A stretch of DNA of 64,000 nt from an uncultured Solibacteraceae bacterium (GTDB lineage: Bacteria; Acidobacteriota; Terriglobia; 20CM-2-55-15), in assembly GCA_964584785.1 (NCBI GenBank), contig CAZPBY010000012.1:56590-120589 (forward strand). Direction: 5' to 3'. The notes beneath the pieces are model-generated. The model ran no database searches and was not told where the DNA came from. It was given only the letters and a program-made list of their open reading frames with translations. Shown in pieces: positions 48,101 to 55,900 of the stretch. Numbering within the stretch: position 1 is the stretch's first letter; every line of letters starts with the position of its first letter. Both the position numbers and the translations under genes were made by a program.

Positions 48101-50113
48101 AGGCAGCATGACGTTTTGATTGGCACCGGCGGTTGCGGTGATCGTGGGTGTGGTGACGATTGTCACGTCACTCGACACACTGAACGGTCCGTCCGTCGCG
48201 GTCAATCGCAGGACGTAAGTTCCCCACGCCGAAAATGTCGCAGTTGTGCCTGGAGACGCCGCATTGTTGAAAGCGACATCGCCCGGACCGCTGACTTTTG
48301 TCCACAATACGGCAAACCCGGCGCCCGCAGGAGTCTCGGTCGCTGTTCCGGTGAGCGTAGCGGCGGCAGGTAGTTTCACGTTTTGATCAGAGCCGGCATT
48401 TACAGTGATCGTCGGTGTCGCCATGACAACGACGTCGCTGCTCTCGGAATACGGCCCATCGCTGGCAGTCAGTCGTAGAACGTACTTGCCCGATGCCGTG
48501 AAACTGGCGGTGGTGCTTGTGGCCGACGGCGTCCCGAAAATGACGTCGCCGGGTCCACTAACCTTACTCCACAATACCGCGATTCCGGCACCTGCCGGAG
48601 TCTCGCTGACCGTTCCCGAAAGGTTGACTCCGGCCGGCAATTTCACATTCTGGTCCTGACCTGCATTGACTGTAATGGTGGGGGCGGCCGTTATAGTGGT
48701 GTCGCTACTTGTACTGTGAGGGCCATCTGTTGCCGTGAGGCGCAACACGTACGTGCCCCACGCCGAGAACGTGGCAGTCGTTGCCGCAGACGATGGATTT
48801 GCGAATGCCACATCACCGGGCCCGCTGACCTTACTCCACGACAAGGAGATCCCCGGATTCGCCGGGATCTCCGTTGCGGCTCCTGCAAGCGGAGCCGCGG
48901 CAGGCAATTTGACGAACTGGTTGGCTCCGGCAACGGAAGTGATCGTAGGTATGGTCGTTACGGTCGTTTCACTATTGCTGCTGTAAGTCCCGTCACTGGC
49001 CGTCAGGCGCAGGACATATGTTCCCCACGCCGAGAAAGTCGCTGTCGTAACCGCTGCCGAGGGGTTGGCGAACGACACTTCGCCGGGTCCGCTTACTTTA
49101 CTCCACGAGGCCGAGAGGTTCGGGCTTGATGGTATCTCATTAATCTCACCGGTCAGTGTCGCGGAGGAAGGCAGCTTGATCTGCTGGTCTGACCCGGCGC
49201 TCGCAACAACGGTCGGCGACACGATGACGCCCACATCGCTGCTCGCGTTGAAGGGGCCGTCGATAGCGTTGAGTCGCAGTACGTAAGTACCGACAGCCGA
49301 AAAGTCCACGTTCGTTGCAGGTGATGCCGGGTTAGAAAAGGTAGCTATTCCCGGGCCACTAACCTTCTCCCAGAACACGGTAAAACCTGGACTCACCGGA
49401 AACTCACTCGCAGTTCCGGAAATCGTCAGGCTGCCGGGCAGCCTGAGGTTCTGGAGTGGCCCGGCACTCACATTGAAAGTGGGGGCAGCTGTGATGGTTA
49501 CGTCGCTGCTGCCGGCTTGCACATTATTCGACACCGACAATCGCAGAACGTATATACCGGCTAAAGAGAACGTAGCAGAGGTGTCGAAGGATGAAGGATT
49601 GCTAAACGCAACAAGACCAGGTCCACTGACCTGAGACCAGGAAGGTACGAATTTTCCCCCGGCATTAGAGTCCGAGTAGGCGGTTCCGTGCAGACTGACG
49701 CCGCTTGGCAGGACGATAGCCTGGTTCGGTCCGGCACTGACCGTGATGGTAGGACGCATCACGAAGTTGAGCCGGTTGGATGTCAATGCACCCATCCGCA
49801 CATAGACAGGTCCTGTGACGCTGTCCGCAGGTACGGTTACTACCAGTTTGTTCGAGGCCGCGGAATTTACAGTGGCCTGTGCAGTGGTGTTGCCCTTCCC
49901 TGGAAACACCACCAGGTTCAGGGACGGCGTCGTCGAGAATCCGCTTCCCATGATCTCGACTTTGGAACCGATCTGCGCTTCCGACGGACTCAACTCCCAC
50001 AGTTGCAGGCCGGACTTCGCGGCTTGAGCAAATGCTCCTGCGGCGACGATGATGGCTATGGCTAACCATCTCGTCGCGAACCGCAACCAATTTTTTGAAT
50101 GACTTTGTGACAT
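42167..50113 (-). CDS. Giant (~2648 aa) secreted cell-surface protein built as IPT/TIG + about 22 tandem PKD/Ig-like domains + C-terminal right-handed parallel beta-helix domain (putative polysaccharide lyase or glycanase).
   Basis: Signal peptide MSQSHSKNWLRFATRWLAIAIIVAAGAFAQA. Start chosen at 50113 with GGGGAG upstream; the ORF track starts at 50227. About 22 units of ~89-95 aa of the form PTIT..AGANQNVKLPA...L.G.A.ETP...GF...WSKVSGPG.V.F.N..S...TA.FSAWGTYVLRLTATDGPFS..S.VT. C-terminal ~500 aa carry beta-helix repeats (NN.I.., G..V.G., and so on) and end in SAWDIGAFQF. Confidence 0.85.
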   Translation of the reverse strand: MSQSHSKNWLRFATRWLAIAIIVAAGAFAQAAKSGLQLWELSPSEAQIGSKVEIMGSGFSTTPSLNLVVFPGKGNTTAQATVNSAASNKLVVTVPADSVTGPVYVRMGALTSNRLNFVMRPTITVSAGPNQAIVLPSGVSLHGTAYSDSNAGGKFVPSWSQVSGPGLVAFSNPSSFDTSATFSLAGIYVLRLSVSNNVQAGSSDVTITAAPTFNVSAGPLQNLRLPGSLTISGTASEFPVSPGFTVFWEKVSGPGIATFSNPASPATNVDFSAVGTYVLRLNAIDGPFNASSDVGVIVSPTVVASAGSDQQIKLPSSATLTGEINEIPSSPNLSASWSKVSGPGEVSFANPSAAVTTATFSAWGTYVLRLTASDGTYSSNSETTVTTIPTITSVAGANQFVKLPAAAPLAGAATEIPANPGISLSWSKVSGPGDVAFANPSSAATTATFSAWGTYVLRLTATDGPHSTSSDTTITAAPTITVNAGQDQNVKLPAGVNLSGTVSETPAGAGIAVLWSKVSGPGDVIFGTPSATSTTASFTASGKYVLRLTASDGPYSESSDVVVMATPTITVNAGSDQNVKLPAAATLTGTATETPAGAGFAVLWTKVSGPGDVAFNNAASPGTTATFSAWGTYVLRLTATDGPFSVSSDVTIVTTPTITATAGANQNVMLPASAVLAGIASETPLGSGFTTLWSKVSGPGNVLFANPASPNTTADFSAWGTYALRLTATDGPFIAISEVTVTTTPTITVSAGANQNVKLPLAAALSGNASETPMSPGFATAWSKVSGPGDVAFANAASPGTTVTFSAWGTYVLRLTAMDGPFNAASEVTIVTTPTITATAGANQNIMLPASAVLAGIAGETPLGPGFTTLWSKVSGPGNVVFANPASPGTTADFSASGTYVLRLTATDGPFSVISELTVTATPTITVSAGANQNVKLPVAATLSGNAGEIPLSAGFATAWSKVSGPGDVAFANGASPVTTATFSAWGTYVLRLTAADGPFGVSSDVTIVTTPTITATAGANQNIMLPASAVLAGIAGETPRGAGFTTLWSKVSGPGNVVFANPASPGTTADFSASGTYVLRLTATDGPFSVISELTVTAAPTITVSAGANQNVKLPAAATLSGNASEIPLSAGFATAWSKLSGPGDVAFANAASPVTTATFSAWGTYVLRLTATDGPFNAASDVTIITTPTITAAAGPNQNVKLPAAAALAGSASETPMGAGFATAWSKVSGPGDVLFANAASLNTTASFSAWGTYVLRLTATDTPFSATSEVTIITTPTIAVSAGVNQDVKLPAAAALAGVATETPTAAGFATAWSKVSGPGDVTFANAASSSTTASFSAWGTYVLRLTATDGPFSEISDVTITTTPTITATAGPNQNVKLPASGTLAAAAAETPASTGFTTVWSKVSGPGNVTFANPNSVATTADFTAWGTYVLRLTATDGPFSAISELTITATPTITASAGANQNVKLPATATLSGSASETPASAGFTKAWSKVSGPGEVTFADATSPATTASFSAWGTYVLRLTASDGPHNASSDVTITASPTITATAGANQNVKLPAEASLAGAATETPATATFATSWSKVSGPGSVTFSNASSLSTTASFSAWGTYVLRLTATDAPYSETSDLTVTTTPTITANAGANQNVKLPAEATLSGSGTSTPASGAFATAWSKVSGPGDVTFANAASLNTTATFSAWGTYVLRLTSSDGPFSETSDVTITTTPTITANAGANQNIKLPATATLAGTANSTPASAAFATSWSKVSGPGDVTFSNASSVNSTAAFSIWGAYVLRLTSTDGPFSASSDITITVAPALTVNAGPTQNVKLPASLTLPGTVEGLSANGTILWTKISGPGDVTFDNAASPSSTTTFSAWGTYVLRLTANDPPLLAAGDLTVIATPTVTVVAGPNQDVKLPGLISLAGSATVFPASESFTVLWSKVSGPGDVSFGNSAFPESTAEFSEAGTYVLRFTGTEGPYTAISDLTVTASPTITVNAGPDQTVRLPAAATMAGSAEEVPHSAGFGTTWSKVSGPGEVTFSDPASLTATANFSAPGHYKLRLTAAHGPFSGSSDVQVTVNPVSITVDTGPLKTIALPVRDVSLFGHVSGVDDVSYTVEWKQTSGPAQAVFSAPWALTTTASFTMAGVYGFDLTVSDGIVTDTASTTVAVLSAESQTAFYVDPTYTGLISDGSAAHPWKRFATDRPNEQWTAVNAALATNNVIVYYSARQATSDTPEIENKEINLWRTDIGTNRLTLDGMSKYNTNDDAPSWVDYSGTNKFNVSITTGGLSIGVQSPFTDFPNHYTTIRGFDVSGTTGRVAFAGNSTVVEYMHIHDLLNTGPSVIFHAAVNVNCAAVFGNLEDITLRNNVVERGYGEAIYISGNYLGDGGCLLWGNTHSDILIENNLLDQSDSNGGETDQIDLKAGLRNVTIRGNVLKGGNAFSSGIVSLGVIPGLDNVPVDRTDYLIENNQILDRNGYALSALLNQNGTVIRNNVISNSASGIAVAGDESDRYPYTFNLDVQIFNNTLNGVGIGVAHGKKIIVRNNLLANVPFGTFELAAFDSTVVDSDYNILVNGTLISNGWQEGPHSQSLPSNADLFVDPANGNFHLKSNNPAVQRGIDLHATGFDVDFAGKKRPIGSAWDIGAFQFIQ
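43660..49730 (-). repeat. ~6 kb array of about 22 tandem coding repeats (period ~267-285 bp) inside giant gene 42167-50113. Within it, 46250-48120 consists of near-identical 534-bp higher-order (two-domain) repeats.
   Basis: Plus-strand artefact ORFs at 46785, 47319 and 47853 are near-identical and spaced 534 bp apart. Minus-strand artefact ORFs 46734-46970 and 47268-47504 are identical over their first 50 aa. The translated protein shows two near-identical 178-aa blocks. Confidence 0.85.
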
Positions 50114-50288
50114 GACACTAGCTCCCCAGTGTCCTGTCCTTGGCTCGTGTCGTGTGTGAGCTAAACTATCTTGCTTGCGCTCACTTACTCCACCTGCCGG
50201 CCATACTGCCGGCAAGATGGACCACATCGAAACTATTCGTACCCGAGGACGGACTATCTGTGCAGCCTATCGAATGAACGCGTCGTTT

Positions 50289-51875
50289 CTACGAGGGTTT
50301 ACCCTCAACCGGAAACAGGACCGTTTTATCGACAAGGCGAAAAAGAAAAGCACCTACCGTAAACGAACACATTGCAAATACCGTCGGCATGCCGACCGCC
50401 CAAAGCTGCAACATCGAGCGGGAGACGGTAGCCCACGCTGTAAACCTGCTCCCAATCATGATTCCAAGCGCGCCCAACCCGCACGTTGCGCCAAGCTTGA
50501 GAGCGAACACACGCAACGAACTCCATCCCAGAGGACCGAAACTCCTCTGGGCCTTCCATATCATGTAAATCGTATTGCTGATCGACGCCAGCGACACCGC
50601 AATAGGCAGGCCGGGCAATCCGATCAGGGCGACAAGTCCTATTGCAGCGGCCGTATGAACACCCACGAAGATAAGCGTACTGATGAGAGGTGTTCTGGTG
50701 TCCAGATTCGCGTAAAAGAGCGTTTGAGTGACGCTGACGATACGGCCTAAGAAGAGGTCTGGAATCAAAAACCGGATGATCACGCTGGTCAGTATCGCGT
50801 CCGTCCTTGTAAATCCTCCTCTGCCGAAGAGCAGCATCAGCAAAGGCTCTGCCGTAAGAGCCAGCCAGATGCACACCGGCAGACCCACGCACGCCAGGAG
50901 CTGGAGGCTTTCGAAGAAGGCTTTCCTCTGAGCTCGCAGATCGTTCGCCGACGCATGCTTCGCGATCAACGGCAGTGTTACTTGTACGACACTACCGAGA
51001 AGGATGCCGCCCATCGCCTGCACGATCCTGGCGGCATAACGCATCACCGTGACACTTCCGCTGCCCAGGAACGAGGCCAGCAGATTCTGGAGAACGGTCC
51101 CGCTCTCACTGACAATGTGCCCTGCCAGTGGATGCCGGAATGATCGGATGATTTCCTTCAATGTCGTTTCACCCGGTTGAAGGACCCACCTATAACGGAA
51201 CCCTTCTTTGCGGAGCGCGATGAAGAGAGCGGTCACCTGAACCGCACCACCCAACACCATTCCGACGGCTACCGCGCGTACACCAAACTGCCCGCGGCTG
51301 AGAATCAGCACGATCGTCGTCATGATGTTTCCGACAAGTTTGCCTCCGGACGAGATCAGGTATCGATGGCGCGCATACAATACCGACTGCAAAATCGAAG
51401 ACAGGCCCTGGCACAGCAGGATCCAGAATGCCGTCCGGCTCAGCCACACGGCCAGGCCGATCGTTTGCGAAGTCAAACCCGGAATCTGAAGCGGGACGAT
51501 AGCCGTCGACAACAATGTTCCAGCCGAACACACCACGAGCAGCGCCACGAACGCCGTTGTGAGTACATTTCGCAGCAGCGCCCATCCCAACTCGTCGCCG
51601 CGTCCGAAATGCTCACTGAACACGGGAACCAGAATCTTGGGACACTGTATCGAGAAGACGCCAATGAGGAGCGTCGGAATAGTCAGTGCGGTGAGGAGCG
51701 CGTCGGTTTGATAACCGACACCGAAAAAGTTCAGGATTAGTGCGTCGAGAACGAATCCGCTGACGACGCCGGCACCCGAGAGAACGGCGATGGTGCTCGC
51801 GTTCTTGAATAGATAATGTTTTGAACCGATTTTATGAGCAGTCATGAAGGTTGAATTAACGCGTCCTTTCGTCAC
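50289..51875 (-). CDS. MurJ/MviN-family (MOP superfamily) polysaccharide or lipid-linked oligosaccharide flippase.
   Basis: 528 aa, about 14 TM helices. The N-terminal region (GFVLDALILNFFGVGYQTDALLTALTIPTLLIGVF...VPVFSEHFGRGDE) parallels the MurJ N-terminus (ARDAIVARIFGAG..TDAFFVAFKLPNLLRRIF...VPILAEY). Confidence 0.75.
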   Translation of the reverse strand: MTKGRVNSTFMTAHKIGSKHYLFKNASTIAVLSGAGVVSGFVLDALILNFFGVGYQTDALLTALTIPTLLIGVFSIQCPKILVPVFSEHFGRGDELGWALLRNVLTTAFVALLVVCSAGTLLSTAIVPLQIPGLTSQTIGLAVWLSRTAFWILLCQGLSSILQSVLYARHRYLISSGGKLVGNIMTTIVLILSRGQFGVRAVAVGMVLGGAVQVTALFIALRKEGFRYRWVLQPGETTLKEIIRSFRHPLAGHIVSESGTVLQNLLASFLGSGSVTVMRYAARIVQAMGGILLGSVVQVTLPLIAKHASANDLRAQRKAFFESLQLLACVGLPVCIWLALTAEPLLMLLFGRGGFTRTDAILTSVIIRFLIPDLFLGRIVSVTQTLFYANLDTRTPLISTLIFVGVHTAAAIGLVALIGLPGLPIAVSLASISNTIYMIWKAQRSFGPLGWSSLRVFALKLGATCGLGALGIMIGSRFTAWATVSRSMLQLWAVGMPTVFAMCSFTVGAFLFRLVDKTVLFPVEGKPS

Positions 51876-52748
51876 TCAGCCGAGAACCGCTCGGATCGCT
51901 CCCCACAAACCGCTCGCCTTGACGATGAGTTCGTGTCGATCAGCGGAGTCTGAAATGCAGATCCTGCGAAGCTTGTAGGCTGGCGTCGTTGCGGTGTTGA
52001 ATCCTCGGTCCAGCGTCAGAGCGCAACGGTATCCTGCCTTCTCCGCCAGCTCCACTTCGCGTTCGGAGTAATCACCGTTTGGATATGCGAGAGCGTAAAT
52101 CTCATGACCAAGCCTCGCCTGGAGGTCGAGTTTCGAGTTGGTGATCTCGGACTCGGCCCGAGCCGGCATGCATCGCGGCAGGATAGAGTGAAAAACCGTG
52201 TGCGACTGAAAGTCGGCCAACGTCTTCAGCTCTTCCACCTCGGCAAACGACAGCGCCTGCCTGTCATGGAATTCTTGTTGCTCCTCGAAACCTGTATCGC
52301 GAAGCGCCGCCCGGCGGTCCGCATCGGGAAGGGTTTTGAGCGACTGCACCACATCGGCAGCCGCGTCATGCTGGAACCAGAACCGTCGACGCGTATCGAT
52401 CACGCCGCTGCACAGGAAAATAGTCACCGGCACATTGTGCTTTTGAAGGACCGCTTTGAGGTCGTAATTACTCTGATGACCGTCATCGAGTGTAATAATC
52501 AGGGCTCTCTGAGGCAGCCGTAAACCGTGGGTTTCCCGGGCATCGACATATTGAGCGAGCGGAATGATGTTATAGAGCCGTTTCAGCAGGCCGAGGTGAG
52601 AATCCAGGACATCCGCCGCCGGCGCGTGATAAGCAAGAATCGTTACCTTGCTGCGCTGCAACACGGTGCGAATGAGGAATGGCAGCAGCGTCAGTCGCAG
52701 CGCCGCAAAAGCCAGCGCCCGCGACTCGGTACCGTTTACGCGACGCAT
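51876..52748 (-). CDS. Polysaccharide deacetylase (NodB-homology) family protein.
   Basis: ITLDDGHQSNYD (the TFDDG-type motif) and later H-containing motifs. 290 aa. Starts 1 nt after the flippase start, which is a tight junction. Confidence 0.7.
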   Translation of the reverse strand: MRRVNGTESRALAFAALRLTLLPFLIRTVLQRSKVTILAYHAPAADVLDSHLGLLKRLYNIIPLAQYVDARETHGLRLPQRALIITLDDGHQSNYDLKAVLQKHNVPVTIFLCSGVIDTRRRFWFQHDAAADVVQSLKTLPDADRRAALRDTGFEEQQEFHDRQALSFAEVEELKTLADFQSHTVFHSILPRCMPARAESEITNSKLDLQARLGHEIYALAYPNGDYSEREVELAEKAGYRCALTLDRGFNTATTPAYKLRRICISDSADRHELIVKASGLWGAIRAVLG

Positions 52749-53740
52749 GAGTCCTCTTTCGCGGTTCGCGTTCGCTGTCGAACGACCTGCTTATACACAT
52801 TCACGATTTCTTCAACCAGGCGCGGCTGATCGTATTTCAGCATCGCCTTCCTGCCATCGAACCCGGCGGCTCGTGATGTCTCGACCACCGACCTCAGCTT
52901 GTTGGCGATGTCGCTGATGTCGTCGGTGCAGATTTGTGTTCCCGGTATGTTCTTCAGGATTCCCCGCACATCACCGACGTCGGTCGACACAACGGGCAGG
53001 TTGCAGGCGAGAGCTTCCTTGATCGATGTCGGCGAACCTTCGCGAGAGGAACTAAGAATCATGGCGTCCGCGGCGCTGTAATACCAGGGCATCTCGCGAT
53101 TGTCCGAATTGTAGACACTCTCCAGCCGGACATTCATTCCTTCTTGAATCAATCGATCGACCGCTGCCTTAGCCAGATGGTATCGCTTCACTTCACGCGT
53201 CGGATCGAATGGGAATAGGACGATGTGTTTGTCGTCAGTCCAGCCTACTCGCGTCCGGGCCTCCATGCGATCGTAAGGCTTGAATATATTGAGATCCACA
53301 CCACAAGGGATAACGGTGCCTGGAATCCTCTTTTGCATCTCTTCCGACACCACAATGACTCTGTCGGCGAAGCGCCAGATTAAACGGCTGCAGAGGCTGT
53401 CGACTCCGCCGCCAAGAACATCGCTACCATGCAGTGTCAGGACAAGCGGGGACTGCACGCGAAACCACGCCGGAAATCCCGACAGGCCATAGTGCGCGTG
53501 CACTACATCGTAAGCCGCTCCACGCGTGATGCGAACGACTTCGGCGGCACCCTTCAAGTAGTTCAGCTTGGAGCGAAACCCAAGGATATTGACAACGTCG
53601 ACGGTGTGGCCAAAGGTTCGCAGTTGCTGCGCCTGCTGCCACACGAAGGCGCCATAACCCGGCCGTTCGGCGGATGGATACATGTTGGTGACAAATAGAA
53701 TTTTCACGACGCTAGTTTGACCGGGCGGTGTTCCGCACAA
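52736..53740 (-). CDS. Glycosyltransferase family 4 (GT-B fold).
   Basis: KILFVTNMYPSAERPGYGAFV N-terminus and a C-terminal EGSPTSIKEALACNLPVVSTDVGD (E-x7-E-like GT4 motif). Overlaps neighbouring genes at both ends. Confidence 0.8.
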   Translation of the reverse strand: MCGTPPGQTSVVKILFVTNMYPSAERPGYGAFVWQQAQQLRTFGHTVDVVNILGFRSKLNYLKGAAEVVRITRGAAYDVVHAHYGLSGFPAWFRVQSPLVLTLHGSDVLGGGVDSLCSRLIWRFADRVIVVSEEMQKRIPGTVIPCGVDLNIFKPYDRMEARTRVGWTDDKHIVLFPFDPTREVKRYHLAKAAVDRLIQEGMNVRLESVYNSDNREMPWYYSAADAMILSSSREGSPTSIKEALACNLPVVSTDVGDVRGILKNIPGTQICTDDISDIANKLRSVVETSRAAGFDGRKAMLKYDQPRLVEEIVNVYKQVVRQRTRTAKEDSCVA

Positions 53741-54884
53741 ATGACCGATAAATATTGAGGTGGCGGGCAGCGAGCTGTTTCAACGAAAACATCTCCTCGA
53801 CTCTTTCACGTCCGGCGATGCCAAGACGCGTGGCTTGACCCGATTGGTCCAGGAGCAATTCGATCTTCTCCGCCACACCTTTGTATTCACCTTGTGGCAC
53901 CAGAAATCCGTGGATGCCATTTTCGATGAGCTCGGCACTTCCCCCGCCATCCGTAACGACGACGGGCTTTCCCGCGGCCATGTACTCCATTACCGAATTC
54001 GATATTCCTTCCGTGAACGTGCATAGAACTCCGATGTCCATCTGCTGTATCAGCGGCTCCACATCGGTTCGCTGCCCCAGAAACTGGATTCGGTCGCCGC
54101 CGGGGACTACCAACTGCCTGCAAGCTTCGAGGTTCTTGCCGCCGCCAACCATCACAAAAATGACGTCGTCTCGCTTTGCAACGATACTTTGAGCGGCTCG
54201 AATGAATGTCGGGAAGTCTTTATAGTCGGAGAACTCGGCGACCATGCCGACAACCTTGCGGCCGTCTGCTTTGAGGTCGGATTCGTTTCGGCGAACCGAA
54301 ACCTGGCTGTGGAATCGATTCAAGTCCAGCCCATTGTAGATAACGTGATTCCCACGCGAATCGTGGTGCAGTCCTCGGCTTGCAAACCCGGCTTGTGAGT
54401 TACTGATTCGGGCATCGGCCAGGTACAACATCAGCTTGTGCCATTGCCAACGAGGCCCGCTTCCTGAAAAGGCGTTGCGCAATGTGGCGTTGATGATTCT
54501 GATTCCCATCAAACGAGCCAGTGGCCACGCATAAGACATGGCCATCTCGCTATTGGTGTGAATGATATCCGGCCGAAACTCGCGGAGAATCCGGAGCAGT
54601 CGGGTGAACACGCTGGGATCCCATCGAAACCGCCTCAAGAGGTAGACCAGCGGAATTCCGAGCTTTTGAATCTCCGCGACATAAAACTGTTCCGTTCCCA
54701 TGGTGACGACCAATGCATCGATCGATTGGTCGGCATTCAGCGCCTTCAGCAGCTCGCAAATCTGACGCTCCTTGCCTCCGACCCGCAGGCTGTCAACGAG
54801 GTAAAGGACGCGGACATTCGACCGAATGGTGTCGCTTATATCCGGCATCGCTTCAGCCGCTTGTGTGATGTAACCAGACTTCAT
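53712..54884 (-). CDS. Glycosyltransferase family 4.
   Basis: VLYLVDSLRVGGKERQ N-terminus (GT4 N-terminal domain). C-terminal EGISNSVMEYMAAGKPVVVTDGGGSAELI. Confidence 0.8.
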   Translation of the reverse strand: MKSGYITQAAEAMPDISDTIRSNVRVLYLVDSLRVGGKERQICELLKALNADQSIDALVVTMGTEQFYVAEIQKLGIPLVYLLRRFRWDPSVFTRLLRILREFRPDIIHTNSEMAMSYAWPLARLMGIRIINATLRNAFSGSGPRWQWHKLMLYLADARISNSQAGFASRGLHHDSRGNHVIYNGLDLNRFHSQVSVRRNESDLKADGRKVVGMVAEFSDYKDFPTFIRAAQSIVAKRDDVIFVMVGGGKNLEACRQLVVPGGDRIQFLGQRTDVEPLIQQMDIGVLCTFTEGISNSVMEYMAAGKPVVVTDGGGSAELIENGIHGFLVPQGEYKGVAEKIELLLDQSGQATRLGIAGRERVEEMFSLKQLAARHLNIYRSFVRNTARSN

Positions 54885-55900
54885 CGCGTCATCGCCATCG
54901 CGAGCGAGGGGTAACCGTAGGCCGCGTTCACGTCTCCAAGGATTTCATCCAGGGCGCCGACGTCAGAGCTTTTGAGGTCTTTAGCAAACTTGTAGTTCAT
55001 GTCCTTAAAAGCCGACTTGGTTCTTATGTAGTCGTGGACCTTAGACGATGGAGCGAGATGTGAAAACGTGAACAACCCGTCCATTGCTGCTATCGGGTCG
55101 CGCAAGGCATCTTCATAGCGAATTTCCAGATACTGGCCCGGACCGATCGCTTTAGCCTCTTCGCGAGCCATCAGCATGATTCGACGCCACTGGACCGCCG
55201 TCAGGGCGACCGGCGTCTTGCCGTACTTGTCGTAGAGTTCGATATCTTCTTCGGTCAGACCTCCGCGCCACCACGGTTTGTGATAGCCGCCACCATTCTT
55301 CCAAAAATCGACTTTCATCAGGGAGTTCACGACCGCGCGGCCGTCTCGGACAACGTGGATGAAAAGCGCATCGGGAAAGATGCTGTTGAGATAGGCCATC
55401 CTCGTCGGTCCTGTTATCTTGGTCGCGAACCTGTGCTTGCTCTGGTACCTCGTGACCTTGTCAACGAGCCGGACGACCTTATCCTTTTCTTCCTGCGACG
55501 CCTTTTGGTTCAACAGGTAGTCGAATCTGAATTTTTGCCCGCAGCAGAGTTCCCACGCAGGGTAGCACTCAACGGCATAAGGACGAGGTATCCTGAACGC
55601 CGACTCACCGTTCTGCCTCTTGGCGCCGAGTAAATCATTCGAAATTGCCAGTCGCGAAAATAATGACACCACTGGAAAACGAGGGAATCGGTAGAGGTAA
55701 TTCGAGAACCACGCCAGGTCGGGGTGTGAGGAAAACGCCTCAAACAGAATCGTCGTCCCACTCCTTGGGGCACCAACAAAAAAAATCGGTCGATCCACTT
55801 GTTCGCTCATCATTTGTTTTTCATCCTTGGAATACTGAAAGAAAGTCGTCCTTGAAAACCTACCCGACGTGTTTGTACAAGAGCTCACCGACGAGGACAA
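54881..55900 (-). CDS. Sulfotransferase-family protein (PAPS-dependent).
   Basis: PIFFVGAPRSGTTILFEAFSSHP matches the 5'-PSB loop (GxPRSGTT) of sulfotransferases. The 3'-PB region (RDGRAVVNSL) also fits. 339 aa. Confidence 0.75.
   Translation of the reverse strand: MSSSVSSCTNTSGRFSRTTFFQYSKDEKQMMSEQVDRPIFFVGAPRSGTTILFEAFSSHPDLAWFSNYLYRFPRFPVVSLFSRLAISNDLLGAKRQNGESAFRIPRPYAVECYPAWELCCGQKFRFDYLLNQKASQEEKDKVVRLVDKVTRYQSKHRFATKITGPTRMAYLNSIFPDALFIHVVRDGRAVVNSLMKVDFWKNGGGYHKPWWRGGLTEEDIELYDKYGKTPVALTAVQWRRIMLMAREEAKAIGPGQYLEIRYEDALRDPIAAMDGLFTFSHLAPSSKVHDYIRTKSAFKDMNYKFAKDLKSSDVGALDEILGDVNAAYGYPSLAMAMTR

Noticed and set aside
43671-49286. Dozens of 60-300 aa ORFs on both strands inside the giant repeat gene (for example 43671-44573 minus, 44060-44788 plus, 46785-47051 plus, 47319-47585 plus).
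   Set aside because: They share the periodicity of the PKD-like repeats, lack RBS and domain signatures, and are nested in a 2648-aa ORF with coherent domain structure. They are high-GC and repeat artefacts.
43660-49730. Possibility that the regular ~270-bp repeats are a CRISPR array.
   Set aside because: The repeats are far too long, and they are in-frame and coding with conserved domain motifs. No short direct repeats with unique spacers are present and no cas genes are nearby.
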